DNA from: an uncultured Acidobacteriota bacterium
GTDB taxonomy: Bacteria; Acidobacteriota; Thermoanaerobaculia; UBA5066; DATFVB01
Length of the DNA: 64,000 nt
Reading direction: 5' to 3'
Assembly (NCBI GenBank): GCA_963714035.1
Contig: OY970224.1
Location: 2,471,753-2,535,752, forward strand
The notes under the pieces are model-generated. The model ran no database searches. It was not told where the DNA came from and was given only the letters and a program-made list of their open reading frames with translations. A program made the translations under genes and the position numbers. This document shows positions 9,803 to 25,017 of the stretch, in pieces (position 1 is the first letter of the stretch; every line of letters begins with the position of its first letter).

Positions 9803-11254
9803 TCAGATCGTCGGAATCGCGACCGGTCCGGCCGGGCGCGACTCCCGTTGCCAGAATGCGCGCGCCAGACGCGCCACGCCTTCGAGAACGGCCTCCGCGG
9901 GAACGCGGGAGACCGAGAGCCGCAGCGCCGCGATGTCGCGGCCGAGCGGATCGAAATCGATTCCGGGCGAGACCGCCACCGCGTTCTCCCGCGCGCGCCG
10001 CGCGACGTCGCGCCCGCTCGTCCCCGCCGGCAGCTTCAGCCAGAAGAGCGACTGGCCCGGCGTCCCGCCGAGATACGGGATCTCCGGCAGGATGCGCGCG
10101 AGCGCCGCCGCGAGCGCGCGGCGCCGCGCCTCCGTCTGCTCCGCTCGATGCTCGCGCACGACGCGGTCGGCGCCTTCGGCGAGGAACGCGCGCACGGCGG
10201 CCTGGATCGGAAGCGGCGTCTGGAGATCGGTCGCCTGCTTGGCGAGCGCGAGCGCGCGGACGATGCGACGGTCCGCGGCGATCCATCCGAGGCGGAAACC
10301 CGGCACGAGCTCCTTCGAGAACGACCCCAGCGTGGCGACCCGCTCCGCGTCGGAGGCGGAGAGCGACGGGAGCCCGGACGTGGGAGCGTCGTAGCCGTCC
10401 TCGACGACGACCGCGCCGGTCGCGCGAGCCGCCTCGAGGAATCGGCGTCGCTCATCGGCGCCCATCGTCACCCCCGTCGGGTTGTGCCGTTCCGGCATCA
10501 CGTAGATCAGCTTCACGGAACGGCCGGAGAGGGCCGCCAGGTCGCGCCGTTCGCCGTGCACCGGTATCTCCGCGACCCGCGCGCCGTAGAAGCGCAGGAG
10601 CGGGACGATCCCGGGGTAGGTCGGCGATTCGACGGCGACGAGGTCGCCCGGATCGACGAGCGTCTTGAAGAGGAGATCGAGCCCCTGCTGGGCCCCCGAC
10701 GTCACGAGGACGTTCTCCTCGCTCCACGGCGCGCCGGTTTCCGCGAGCCGGCGGGCGATCTCGGCGCGGAGCTCCGGCAACCCGTACGGGTCCGCGTACT
10801 GCCAGAGCTCGCGATGGCGACGGCCGGTCTCCGCGAGAAGCTCGGCGAAGCGGTCGTACGGGAAGTAGCGGTCGTCGGGAGCGAGGCGGGCGAAATCGGC
10901 CACGAGCGGCTCGCCGGAGATCGCCGTCTCCGACTCCGAGATGCGCGAGATCGCCGACGAGAGCGGGGGCTGCCACCCGCCGGAGGGGAGCCGATCGCCG
11001 GCGACGATCGTGACGCCGCTCCCGATCCTCGCGACCAGCGACCCCTCCTGCTGGAGCGCCCGGATCGCCTTCAGGAGCACGCCACGGTTGATTCCGAGCC
11101 GGTCGGCGAGCTCTCGGGTGGCGGGGAGCCGGTCGCCGTCCTTCAGCGTCCCACGGTCGATGAGGGCACGGATCTGGTCGGCGACCTGTTCCGGGAGGGG
11201 TCGTGGATCTCCCGACTGGATCGGCGTATAGAGATCGTGAACCAATTGGCTCAT
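9803..11254 (-). CDS. GntR/MocR-family PLP-binding regulator (PdxR-like)
   Basis: w[17 protein letters not shown] plus aminotransferase-like domain (GAQQGL, HNPTG, SFSK); directly upstream of pdxS. Confidence 0.9.
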   Translation of the reverse strand: MSQLVHDLYTPIQSGDPRPLPEQVADQIRALIDRGTLKDGDRLPATRELADRLGINRGVLLKAIRALQQEGSLVARIGSGVTIVAGDRLPSGGWQPPLSSAISRISESETAISGEPLVADFARLAPDDRYFPYDRFAELLAETGRRHRELWQYADPYGLPELRAEIARRLAETGAPWSEENVLVTSGAQQGLDLLFKTLVDPGDLVAVESPTYPGIVPLLRFYGARVAEIPVHGERRDLAALSGRSVKLIYVMPERHNPTGVTMGADERRRFLEAARATGAVVVEDGYDAPTSGLPSLSASDAERVATLGSFSKELVPGFRLGWIAADRRIVRALALAKQATDLQTPLPIQAAVRAFLAEGADRVVREHRAEQTEARRRALAAALARILPEIPYLGGTPGQSLFWLKLPAGTSGRDVARRARENAVAVSPGIDFDPLGRDIAALRLSVSRVPAEAVLEGVARLARAFWQRESRPAGPVAIPTI

Positions 11255-11292
11255 CGGCGAGCCAATTTACACCCAATGAGATCGCTAATCAA
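11244..11292 (-). promoter_or_regulatory. sigma70 promoter overlapped by an inverted-repeat operator
   Basis: Minus strand TTGATT-17-TAAATT; inverted repeat AATTGGCTC-N6-GAGCCAATT (11244-11267) covers the -10 and the ATG. Confidence 0.7.
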
Positions 11293-11467
11293 GTGCCAGT
11301 GCCGACGACCGCGTCTCTGGGAGTGGAGAGCGCCACTGGCCCGTTACGACCCTCTCAGGGGTCCTGGTGGGGCGCCGGGGCGGTCGAGCCGAGAAGGGAC
11401 GAGCCGCGAGGTCAGATCTCGGAAAGTGTGAGTGCAAAGCGCGCATTTCCATGCGCGCGGAGTGCTC

Positions 11468-11540
11468 TCTCCTGAGCGGAGCGAAGGACCTGGCAACCGG
11501 GGCAGATCCTTCGTCGCCTCGCTCCTCCGGATGGCCGGCT
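11468..11540. repeat. family-B palindromic element
   Basis: CCTGAGCGGAGCGAAGGACCTG...AGATCCTTCGTCGCCTCGCTCCTCCGGATG, similar to 45806-45887. Confidence 0.7.
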
Positions 11541-11603
11541 CCGGAGGTCCGCGATCTGGGAGCGCAAGCGGCCGCGCGTCAGCGCGGGCCGCGCCGCCGA
11601 CGG

Positions 11604-11867
11604 TCAGGCTCCGTGTTTTCGCAGGGCCTCTTCGAGGTCCCGGGCGTAGAGGAGATCGAAATCGCGGGTCGTTCCCTTGCGCTTTTCGAGTTTTCCGCGA
11701 ACCTCGTCCTCGATCTGCTCGAGCTCCCTGGCGGTTTCGGAGACCTCGCGGGTGAGAGCTCTTCGGAGAGTCTCGACGTCCACCCGGACGAGGAGCTTCG
11801 GATCGGCCGAGAGGCGCTGCTGGAGGATCCGAGAGAGGTAGAGCGCCCGGTCGGGCGAGATCCTCAC
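11604..11867 (-). CDS. DUF507-like small helical protein
   Basis: GTG overlaps transaldolase TGA; MRISPDRALYLSR...EQIEDEVR pattern. Confidence 0.65.
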   Translation of the reverse strand: MRISPDRALYLSRILQQRLSADPKLLVRVDVETLRRALTREVSETARELEQIEDEVRGKLEKRKGTTRDFDLLYARDLEEALRKHGA

Positions 11868-12517
11868 GATTGCTTGCGGGACGCCGGTTCCCGGTCGCGG
11901 GCGAGCTGGGCGAGTCCGGCCTCGGTCAACGGGTGGCGGAAGAGCTGGTCGACGATCGCAAACGGCAGCGTCGCGACGTCCGCGCCCATGAGCGCCGAGT
12001 CGAGGACGTGCACGGGGTTCCTCACCGACTCGACGACGACGAGCGTCTGGAAACCGTAGTTGTCGTAGATCCGGATGATCTGCTCGATCACGTCCATGCC
12101 GATCGCGCCGATGTCGTCGAGACGCCCGACGAACGGGGAAACGTAGGCGGCGCCGGCCTTCCCGACGATGAGCGCCTGCGCGGCCGAGAAACAGAGCGAG
12201 ACGTTGACCGCGATCTGGTCCTGCGAGAGCAGCCGCACGACGCGCATGCCGTCCGGCGTCATCGGCAGCTTGACGACGACGTCCTTGCCGAGCTTGTGGT
12301 ACTCGCGCCCTTCCTTGTACATCCCTTTGGCGTCGGAGGACTCGACCTCGGCGAAAACGGGTCCGTCGGTGATCGCCGACATCTCGCGCACGATCTGGCG
12401 GTAGTCCTTCCCTTCTGCGGCGACGGAGGCCGGCGGAACGGAGACGCCGTCGAGCAGCCCCCATTCCTTGACCTTTTTGGCTTCGTCCGGCCGGACGCTC
12501 TCCAGAAAAAATCTCAT
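11864..12517 (-). CDS. transaldolase/fructose-6-P aldolase family (TalC/FSA type), divergent active site
   Basis: VVVKLPMT, FSAAQA, YVSPFVGRLDD; lacks the canonical D6 and TTNP. Confidence 0.88.
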   Translation of the reverse strand: MRFFLESVRPDEAKKVKEWGLLDGVSVPPASVAAEGKDYRQIVREMSAITDGPVFAEVESSDAKGMYKEGREYHKLGKDVVVKLPMTPDGMRVVRLLSQDQIAVNVSLCFSAAQALIVGKAGAAYVSPFVGRLDDIGAIGMDVIEQIIRIYDNYGFQTLVVVESVRNPVHVLDSALMGADVATLPFAIVDQLFRHPLTEAGLAQLARDREPASRKQS

Positions 12518-12549
12518 CGTGGAGATCTTATACCGGGGTTTTTTGACAA

Positions 12550-12672
12550 GCTCGCGATACATCGAGCCGGGCGGGCACGTGCCGTTCGCGAGACCCTCAA
12601 CGTACGCCCCGGTACGCCTCGGGATCTCGCGAGCGGCCCGCATCCCGCCGGGCTCGCGTCTCGCTTCGCCTC
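12550..12672 (+). repeat. family-A structured dispersed repeat (A1)
   Basis: GCGATACATCGAGCC...CTCAACGTACGCCCCGGTACGCCTC...GCATCCCG..GGCTCGCGTCTCGC. Confidence 0.85.
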
Positions 12673-12764
12673 AGCATCACTTCAATGGAAACGATCGACC
12701 CGCTCACGCCGCTCCTCTGGCCGGCACTCCGAACCTGCCAGTGGAAGCAACCTCGAGGCGCGGT

Positions 12765-12887
12765 CAGGCGCGAGCGGGACGGGCGATCGCGGCCCCCGCC
12801 GGCGGGTGAGGTGTACCGGGGCGTACATTGAGCCCGGCGGCGGGGCGGGATCGTCCCGTAGCCGCTCGATGCATCGCCGCGCCAGCA
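12765..12887 (-). repeat. family-A repeat (A2), inverted relative to A1
   Basis: Reverse complement GCTGGCGCGGCGATGCATCGAGC...CTCAATGTACGCCCCGGTACACCTC. Confidence 0.85.
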
Positions 12888-12895
12888 AGTCTCCC

Positions 12896-15484
<2,589 letters not shown>

Positions 15485-15485
15485 C

Positions 15486-19002
<3,517 letters not shown>

Positions 19003-19075
19003 TCGCCCCCCTAATGCCCGGTAACGGGAACGACGACGGCGGCGTGATGTCGGGGGCTCGACGCTTCCGGCATCA

Positions 19076-20188
19076 TCAGAGCCTCATCGGCATCACGACG
19101 TACATGTACTTCGAGATCCCGGGAATCTCTTCCGCGGGACGGCAGAGGCACTGGGTGTTCTCGTCCTTCGCCTCCAGCCGCACGTTCTCCGTTTCGGCTT
19201 CCGCGAGGAAATCGAGGAGGTACTGCGCGTTGAGCCCGAGCGTCAGCGGCTCCCCGGAGTATTCGACCGGCACGGTCTCGGTGCCCTCGCCGAGCTCCTG
19301 CGACGCCGACGAGACGGTGAGCGCGTTGGCGTCGAACGCGAGACGGACCCCGCGCGCCCGCTCCGACGAAAAGAGCGCGATTCGGCGCACCGCGTTCTCG
19401 AGGACCGTGCGCGAGACGGTGATCTTGCGCTCGTTGTCCTTCGAGAGCACCTTCTCGTAGTCGGGGAAGTTGACGTCGAGGAGGCGGGCGATCAGCTTCC
19501 GGTCGCCGACCGTGAACGCGAGATGGTTCTCGGCGTGCTGGATCTCGAGCTTCGTCTCGTCGTCGCCGTCCATCTTGAGGATCTCGGTCAGCGCTTTCTT
19601 CGGGACGAGGATCGGCGGAAGCGAGCTCTTCCCCGCCGGTTTCGGGAATTCGACGAGCGCGAGACGATGGCCATCGGTCGCGACGAGCTCGAGGTCCTTC
19701 CCCTTCTCCTTGAGGAGAGCCCCGGAGAGCTGGAAGCGCTTCTCTTCCGCGGAGATCGCGAAGAGCACTTTGCGCGTCATGGTCTTCCACGTCGAGAGCG
19801 GAATCGAGAGGGACGCCTTCCCCTCGACTTTCGGCACCGTCGGGAAATCTTCCGCGGGCTGGGCGACCATCTTGTAGCGCCCGGATCCCGAGGTGACGCC
19901 GAGATAATGGTTTTCGAGGAGCTTCAACTTCACGCCCGGCTCATCGAGCGAGCGCACGAGATCGAAGAGCTTGCGCGCGGGCACGCAGACGCCGCCGGGC
20001 GAGCTGATCTTCGCGTCCACGCGCGTGTGCAGCGTCAGATCGAGGTCCGTCGAGGTCAGATCGAGCCCTCCGTCCTCCGCCTTGAGCAGGATGTTGGCGA
20101 GGATCGGAATCGTGTTTTTCCGCTCGACCACACCCTGCAGAACCTGGAGCTCGTCCAGGAATTTCCCGCGCTCGATTGTCAGTTCCAT
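19076..20188 (-). CDS. dnaN: DNA polymerase III beta clamp
   Basis: TIPILANILL, TDLD, VATDGHRLA, FPDY, C-terminal VVMPMRL. Confidence 0.98.
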   Translation of the reverse strand: MELTIERGKFLDELQVLQGVVERKNTIPILANILLKAEDGGLDLTSTDLDLTLHTRVDAKISSPGGVCVPARKLFDLVRSLDEPGVKLKLLENHYLGVTSGSGRYKMVAQPAEDFPTVPKVEGKASLSIPLSTWKTMTRKVLFAISAEEKRFQLSGALLKEKGKDLELVATDGHRLALVEFPKPAGKSSLPPILVPKKALTEILKMDGDDETKLEIQHAENHLAFTVGDRKLIARLLDVNFPDYEKVLSKDNERKITVSRTVLENAVRRIALFSSERARGVRLAFDANALTVSSASQELGEGTETVPVEYSGEPLTLGLNAQYLLDFLAEAETENVRLEAKDENTQCLCRPAEEIPGISKYMYVVMPMRL

Positions 20189-20408
20189 ATCGCTCCTGAA
20201 TGAAGAAAGAGAGTATCACATAAGATCGTCGAAACAGGCCTGTGGAAGCCGGATTTTCCGGAGAAATAAAGGCCTTTACTGCAGACGTTTACGATATGGT
20301 TTTCCACAGCTGAAAAGTGCTCGGGCCGGAGAAGAATCGGGCCCCTTTTTCGGACCGGCGAGCGATGTGGAAAACGGACCTGTGGAACGTCGGGCCGGAG
20401 GGAAAAAG
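20189..20408. other. replication origin oriC (dnaA-dnaN intergenic)
   Basis: DnaA-box variants TGTGGAAGC 20241, TTTTCCACA 20300, TGTGGAAAA 20366, TGTGGAACG 20381; AT-rich stretch beside GGCC plus a box. Confidence 0.8.
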
Positions 20409-21719
20409 TCAGCGGAAAGACGAGCTCAATCCGTCGAGCGTCTTGTGAAAATCGGCGTCGTCTTCGTACATCCGCTGGATCTTTTCGACCGAGTGCATGA
20501 CGGTCGAATGATGCTTGTCGTTGAACAGGCGGCCGATCTCGGGAAACGAGAGCCGTGTGAGCTGGCGGCAGAGATACATCGCGATCTGCCGCGGGAAAGC
20601 GATCGTCTTCGCGTTGGATTTCGCCTTCAGATCCGAGACCCGGATCCCATAATGCGACGCGACCGCTTTCAGGATCTCGGCCGGCGTCGCCTTGCGGTCC
20701 TCGGAGACGACCATGTCCTTCAACGTCTCCTTCGCGAGATCGAGCGTGAGCGGATTCCCCGTGAGGGACGCGAACGCCAGGACCCGGTTGACGCGTCCTT
20801 CGAGCTCGCGGATGTTGCTCTTCACGCTCGCGGCGATGTAGAGCGCGACGTCGTTCGGGATGAACACCTTCTCCTCTTCCGCCTTCTTGCGGAGGATCGC
20901 GACCTTCATCTCGAGGTCCGGCGGCTGGATGTCGGCGATCAGGCCCCACTCGAATCGGGAGCGGAGGCGCTCCTCGAGAGACGAGATTTCCTTGGGCGGC
21001 GCATCCGAAGAGAGCACGATCTGGCGCTGCGATTCGTGGAGCGCGTTGAAGGTGTGAAAGAACTCCTCCTGGGTCGCTTCCTTTCCCGCGATGAACTGCA
21101 CGTCGTCGACGAGGAGCACGTCGAGCTCGCGGTACCGCCGGCGGAACTCGTGCATCCGTTCGCTCTTGATCCCGTTGATCAGGTCGTTCAGGAACTTCTC
21201 GGCCGAGAGGTACAGGATGCGGGCGCCCGGTTTCTGGCGGAGGATCTCGTGCGCGATCGCTTGCATGAGATGGGTCTTGCCGAGACCCACGCCGCCGTAC
21301 ACGAAAAGCGGGTTGTAGGAGCGCGACGGCGCTTCCGCCACGGCCCGCGCCGCCGCGTGGGCGAACTGGTTCGACGATCCGACGACGAAGTTCTGGAACG
21401 TGTACCGGGGATTGATGCCGGGGGGCGGGTCCGACGGCGGAGGCGCCTCGGCTCCCGCCGAGGGTTCCGCGGCCGAGAATTCGAGCGTCAGGTCCGGGAT
21501 GCCGATTTTCTCGGCTGCCGCCCGGAGAGCGGCCGAATGATGCGAAGGGATCCAGTCGGCGAAAACCGCATTGGGAACGACGATTTTCCAGACCGGACGC
21601 TCCCCTTCAGGGCTTTGACCCCCGAATTTGGCGGGGAGAAACCACGTGCGGAATTCCTTCTCCTCGATTTGAGGCTCGAGGGCCGAGAGAAACTGCTTCC
21701 AGCGATCCGTCCGGCTCAT
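20409..21719 (-). CDS. dnaA: chromosomal replication initiator
   Basis: YTFQNFVVGSSN, YNPLFVYGGVGLGKTHL, LLVDDVQF, RLRSRFEWG, HSTVMH. Confidence 0.99.
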   Translation of the reverse strand: MSRTDRWKQFLSALEPQIEEKEFRTWFLPAKFGGQSPEGERPVWKIVVPNAVFADWIPSHHSAALRAAAEKIGIPDLTLEFSAAEPSAGAEAPPPSDPPPGINPRYTFQNFVVGSSNQFAHAAARAVAEAPSRSYNPLFVYGGVGLGKTHLMQAIAHEILRQKPGARILYLSAEKFLNDLINGIKSERMHEFRRRYRELDVLLVDDVQFIAGKEATQEEFFHTFNALHESQRQIVLSSDAPPKEISSLEERLRSRFEWGLIADIQPPDLEMKVAILRKKAEEEKVFIPNDVALYIAASVKSNIRELEGRVNRVLAFASLTGNPLTLDLAKETLKDMVVSEDRKATPAEILKAVASHYGIRVSDLKAKSNAKTIAFPRQIAMYLCRQLTRLSFPEIGRLFNDKHHSTVMHSVEKIQRMYEDDADFHKTLDGLSSSFR

Positions 21720-21721
21720 CT

Positions 21722-21753
21722 TTTTCCGCAGGGTTTTCCACAGCTGTGGAAAG
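21722..21753. promoter_or_regulatory. DnaA boxes in the dnaA leader (autoregulation or bipartite origin)
   Basis: TTTTCCGCA 21722, TTTTCCACA 21734, TGTGGAAAG 21745. Confidence 0.75.
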
Positions 21754-21779
21754 CTCGGGGGCGGATCTTAGCACAATCC

Positions 21780-21808
21780 TTGACTTGCCCGGGATGGACT
21801 CATAGAAT
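21780..21808 (+). promoter_or_regulatory. sigma70 promoter of the rpmH operon
   Basis: TTGACT-17-TAGAAT. Confidence 0.8.
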
Positions 21809-21840
21809 CAGAGTTTTGACACGAAAAGGACGGAGAGACC

Positions 21841-21975
21841 ATGAAGCGCACGTTCCAGCCCAACAACCGCCGTCGCAAGAAAACTCACGGTTTTCGGGCG
21901 CGGATGAGCACGAAACCGGGGCGCGCCGTTCTTTCCGCCCGCCGCCGCAAAGGCCGCAAACGCCTGACGGTCTGA
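21841..21975 (+). CDS. rpmH: 50S ribosomal protein L34
   Basis: Not in ORF track; [44 protein letters not shown]. Confidence 0.98.
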   Translation: MKRTFQPNNRRRKKTHGFRARMSTKPGRAVLSARRRKGRKRLTV

Positions 21976-22352
21976 CGCCGTTCTCCCGTCCGGAGGGTTT
22001 TCCGAAGGATTTTCGGCTCCGGAAGCGGCGGGATTTCACGGAATGCCAGAAGAAGGGGAAGCGGGTCGCGGGTCGATGGCTGGTGCTTTTCGCGCTCGAC
22101 AACGCGCTCGGCCGCTCGCGATGGGGATTGTCGGTGCCGAAGAAGGTGGGCTCGGCGGTCCACCGCAACCGGGTGAAACGCCGGCTGCGGGAGATCGTCC
22201 GGCGGACGGGGAAGCCGGGTCCCGAGCGGGATCTCTGCATCCTCGCCCGGCCGGGGGCGTCGCAAGCGACGCTCATGGAGCTCTCGCAGGAGTTGAAGAT
22301 GCTCTCGGAAAGACTGTCGTCCTCGCGCTCCTCCGCGCGTACAAGCGGGTGA
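21972..22352 (+). CDS. rnpA: RNase P protein (start unresolved: CTG 21972 or TTG 21816)
   Basis: [36 protein letters not shown]. Confidence 0.92.
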   Translation: MTPFSRPEGFPKDFRLRKRRDFTECQKKGKRVAGRWLVLFALDNALGRSRWGLSVPKKVGSAVHRNRVKRRLREIVRRTGKPGPERDLCILARPGASQATLMELSQELKMLSERLSSSRSSARTSG

Positions 22353-22516
22353 TCTCTCCCCTGCTCCCCCGTTCGTGCCGATACGTGCCGACCTGTTCGG
22401 AATACGCGGCGGAAGCGGTCGCCCGATACGGGGTCCTGCGCGGCGGCTGGCTCAGCCTGCGCCGCCTCGGCCGCTGCCATCCGTTTCACGCGGGCGGTTT
22501 CGATCCGGTGAAATAG
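22349..22516 (+). CDS. yidD: membrane protein insertion efficiency factor
   Basis: [19 protein letters not shown]...RCHPF.AGGFDPV; GTG overlaps the rnpA TGA; homology extends up to about 22304. Confidence 0.88.
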   Translation: MISPLLPRSCRYVPTCSEYAAEAVARYGVLRGGWLSLRRLGRCHPFHAGGFDPVK

Positions 22517-22518
22517 CC

Positions 22519-24180
22519 ATGGAAAAACGTCTTCTCATCGCGGCCGCGCTCTCGATCGCCGTCCTGCTCGTCTGGGACGCGATCACCCCGAAAGCCGCGA
22601 AGAGCCCCTCTTCCCCGAGCCCGGCGGCCGCGCCCCTGACGCCGGGAGCGTCTTCGCCCGCTCCGGCTTCGGCTCCTCCTCCGTCGGCGACTCCCGCCGC
22701 TCCGGCGCCGGTTCCGGTGGCGGCCGCGGCGCGCGAATCGGAAATCATCGATCGGCCGCTCTATCGGGCGGTCGTCGACAACCGCGGCGGGGTCCTCACT
22801 TCGTTCCTCCTGAAGAAGTACGACGACGATCAGGGGCACCGCCTCGAAATGGTGCATCGCGGCGACTCTTCCGATCTGCCGCTCGAGCTCGAATTCGGTG
22901 CGGACGCGCCCTCCACCCTGGCCGCGAACACGGGACTCTACGCGGTCGAACGAACCCGGGACGGCGATCGGGACGTCCTCCGCCTGCGTCTCGCGGGCGA
23001 CGGGCGATCGATCGAAAAGACGATCGTCTTCGGGGACGGCTACCTCATGGACGTGAAGGTCGCCTGCGCCGGCGCGAAGCAGCCGTTCGCGCTCACGCTC
23101 GGACCGGGCCTCCGGAACCTCTCTCCCCAGGAGAAGGAGAACCGGTTCACGAGCGCCTCGGGCGCGGTCTATTTCGACGGCGACCGGGCGCGGTCGGTCC
23201 CGCGGCAGAAGATCGAAGCCGTGGAACAGGGACCGCTCCCGAAGTCCGGCTTCGTCGGGCTCGAGGACAACTACTTCCTCGCGGCGCTCGTTCCGCGCGC
23301 GGAGACCCAATGGTGGCTCTCCCCCGTCCGGGAGGACGAGAACGGCAAGAAAGAGCTCCAGATCCGCGCCGGCGCGATCTCCCCTTCCGTCCTCGACGCG
23401 CGCCTCTACATCGGCCCGAAGGACCTCGACGTCCTCACCGGCCTCGGCATGCATCTCGAAGAGACGGTCAGCTTCCGCACGATGGGAATCAACCTCGGCA
23501 TCATCGCCCGCGGCCTGATCTGGCTGCTCAAGGCTTCGCACCGGTACGTCGCCAACTGGGGTGTCGCGATTCTCGCGGTCACCTTCCTGGTCCGGCTGCT
23601 CCTCTTCCCGCTCATGCAGAAGTCGTTCGTCGGGATGAAGAAGATGCAGAAGCTCCAGCCGAAGATCAACGTGATCAAGGACAAGTACAAGAAGGCGAAG
23701 ATGGACGTCGAGCAGCGCAACAAGATGAACCAGGAAATGATGGCGCTGTACCAGGCGGAAGGCTACAACCCGATGAGCGGCTGCCTTCCCATGCTCCTCC
23801 AGATGCCGATCCTCTTCGCGTTCTACGTCGTGCTCGAGCGCGCGATCGTCCTGCGCCACGCGCCGTTCGCGCTCTGGATCCACGACCTCTCCGCGAAGGA
23901 TCCGACGTACGTCCTCGTCGTCGTGATGATCGGGACGATGTTCCTGCAGCAGCTCATGACCCCGTCGACCGTCGACGCGGCGCAGAGAAAGATGTTCCTC
24001 ATGATGCCGCTCTTCTGGGGCTTTTTCATGAAGGACATGCCGGCCGGGCTCGTCCTCTACTGGCTCTTCTCGAACGTGCTGACGATCACGCAGCAGATGC
24101 TCATCAACCGGATGTACCGCGAGGAGCCGGCGCCGTCGGCGCGCGGGAAGAAGCTGAAGACCGGGAAGGCGAAAGGATAG
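22519..24180 (+). CDS. yidC: membrane protein insertase
   Basis: MEKRLLIA, NWGVAI, GCLPMLLQMPI, WIHDLSAKDP, PAGLVLYW. Confidence 0.97.
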   Translation: MEKRLLIAAALSIAVLLVWDAITPKAAKSPSSPSPAAAPLTPGASSPAPASAPPPSATPAAPAPVPVAAAARESEIIDRPLYRAVVDNRGGVLTSFLLKKYDDDQGHRLEMVHRGDSSDLPLELEFGADAPSTLAANTGLYAVERTRDGDRDVLRLRLAGDGRSIEKTIVFGDGYLMDVKVACAGAKQPFALTLGPGLRNLSPQEKENRFTSASGAVYFDGDRARSVPRQKIEAVEQGPLPKSGFVGLEDNYFLAALVPRAETQWWLSPVREDENGKKELQIRAGAISPSVLDARLYIGPKDLDVLTGLGMHLEETVSFRTMGINLGIIARGLIWLLKASHRYVANWGVAILAVTFLVRLLLFPLMQKSFVGMKKMQKLQPKINVIKDKYKKAKMDVEQRNKMNQEMMALYQAEGYNPMSGCLPMLLQMPILFAFYVVLERAIVLRHAPFALWIHDLSAKDPTYVLVVVMIGTMFLQQLMTPSTVDAAQRKMFLMMPLFWGFFMKDMPAGLVLYWLFSNVLTITQQMLINRMYREEPAPSARGKKLKTGKAKG

Positions 24181-24192
24181 GATTTTTTCGAG

Positions 24193-24867
24193 ATGCGATA
24201 CGAAGGCAAGACTCTGGAGGAAGCGCTCGATCTCGCGGCGGGCGCCGTCGGCCGGCCGGCCGACGATCTGCAATACCGGATCGTCGAGGACAAGAAGAAC
24301 TTCTGGGGAGGGCGCCGGGTCGTCGTCGAGTTGATCACCGACGGGACGATGAAGCTCGCCCCCGCCGCCGCTCCGGGCCTCGCGGCGCCCGAGGACGAGG
24401 AACCCGCCGACGAGGCCACGATCGCGGAGGTCTCCAACGTCCTGCGCGAGCTCCTCGTCGCCGCCGAGCTCCGCGTCGACGTCCGGCATCGGGCGAGCCT
24501 TTCGTTCGATCTCGCCGGCGACGATCTCCCGCATCTTCTCGCGCGGCAGGGCGAGGGGCTCGAGGGGCTGCAGACGCTCGCGGGCCGCGTGGCCGGGAAG
24601 AAACTCGGGCGCCCCGTCTTTCCGCAGCTCGACGCCGACGGTTTCCGCGAGCGGCGGCAGGAGGTCCTCCAGGAGTCGGCGCGGCGACAGGCGGAACGCG
24701 TGAAACTCTCCGGCCGCAAGGTGCTGCTCGACCCGATGTCCCCGTCGGACCGCCGTCTCGTCCACCTGTCGCTGTCGTCGGACAGCCAGGTCGAGACCAA
24801 GAGCGAGGGGGAAGGGTTTTTCAAAAGAGTGGCAATCCTCCCGAAGAGGCAGGAGGCGCCCCGATAA
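24193..24867 (+). CDS. jag: Jag/EloR (KhpB) RNA-binding protein
   Basis: EGKTLEEA N-terminus, KH-like segment, R3H RRLVH, SEGEG. Confidence 0.88.
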   Translation: MRYEGKTLEEALDLAAGAVGRPADDLQYRIVEDKKNFWGGRRVVVELITDGTMKLAPAAAPGLAAPEDEEPADEATIAEVSNVLRELLVAAELRVDVRHRASLSFDLAGDDLPHLLARQGEGLEGLQTLAGRVAGKKLGRPVFPQLDADGFRERRQEVLQESARRQAERVKLSGRKVLLDPMSPSDRRLVHLSLSSDSQVETKSEGEGFFKRVAILPKRQEAPR

Positions 24868-25017
24868 CGTGGTCGCCGAGTTGAAGCGATCGCGATCCGC
24901 GTCGCTTAACTCGGCGTACCGCTGCGACCCGCATCCCGGCGGGCTTGCGCCTCACCCCTTGCGGCCATCGATTCCTCGCGAAAGATCCGCGAGACCGTCG
25001 CCGGAGATAATTCGCCC

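Noticed and set aside
11315-11365. GGAGAG...CTCTCAGG resembling a glycine riboswitch
   Set aside because: Lacks the GCCGAAG/GAAGG core and points away from the neighbouring genes
19011-19076. 21-aa ORF bridging dnaN and recF
   Set aside because: No recognisable motif; an open stretch this short is expected by chance
22299-22348. Possible frameshift fusing rnpA and yidD
   Set aside because: The GTGA overlap at 22349-22352 gives an ordinary coupled yidD start
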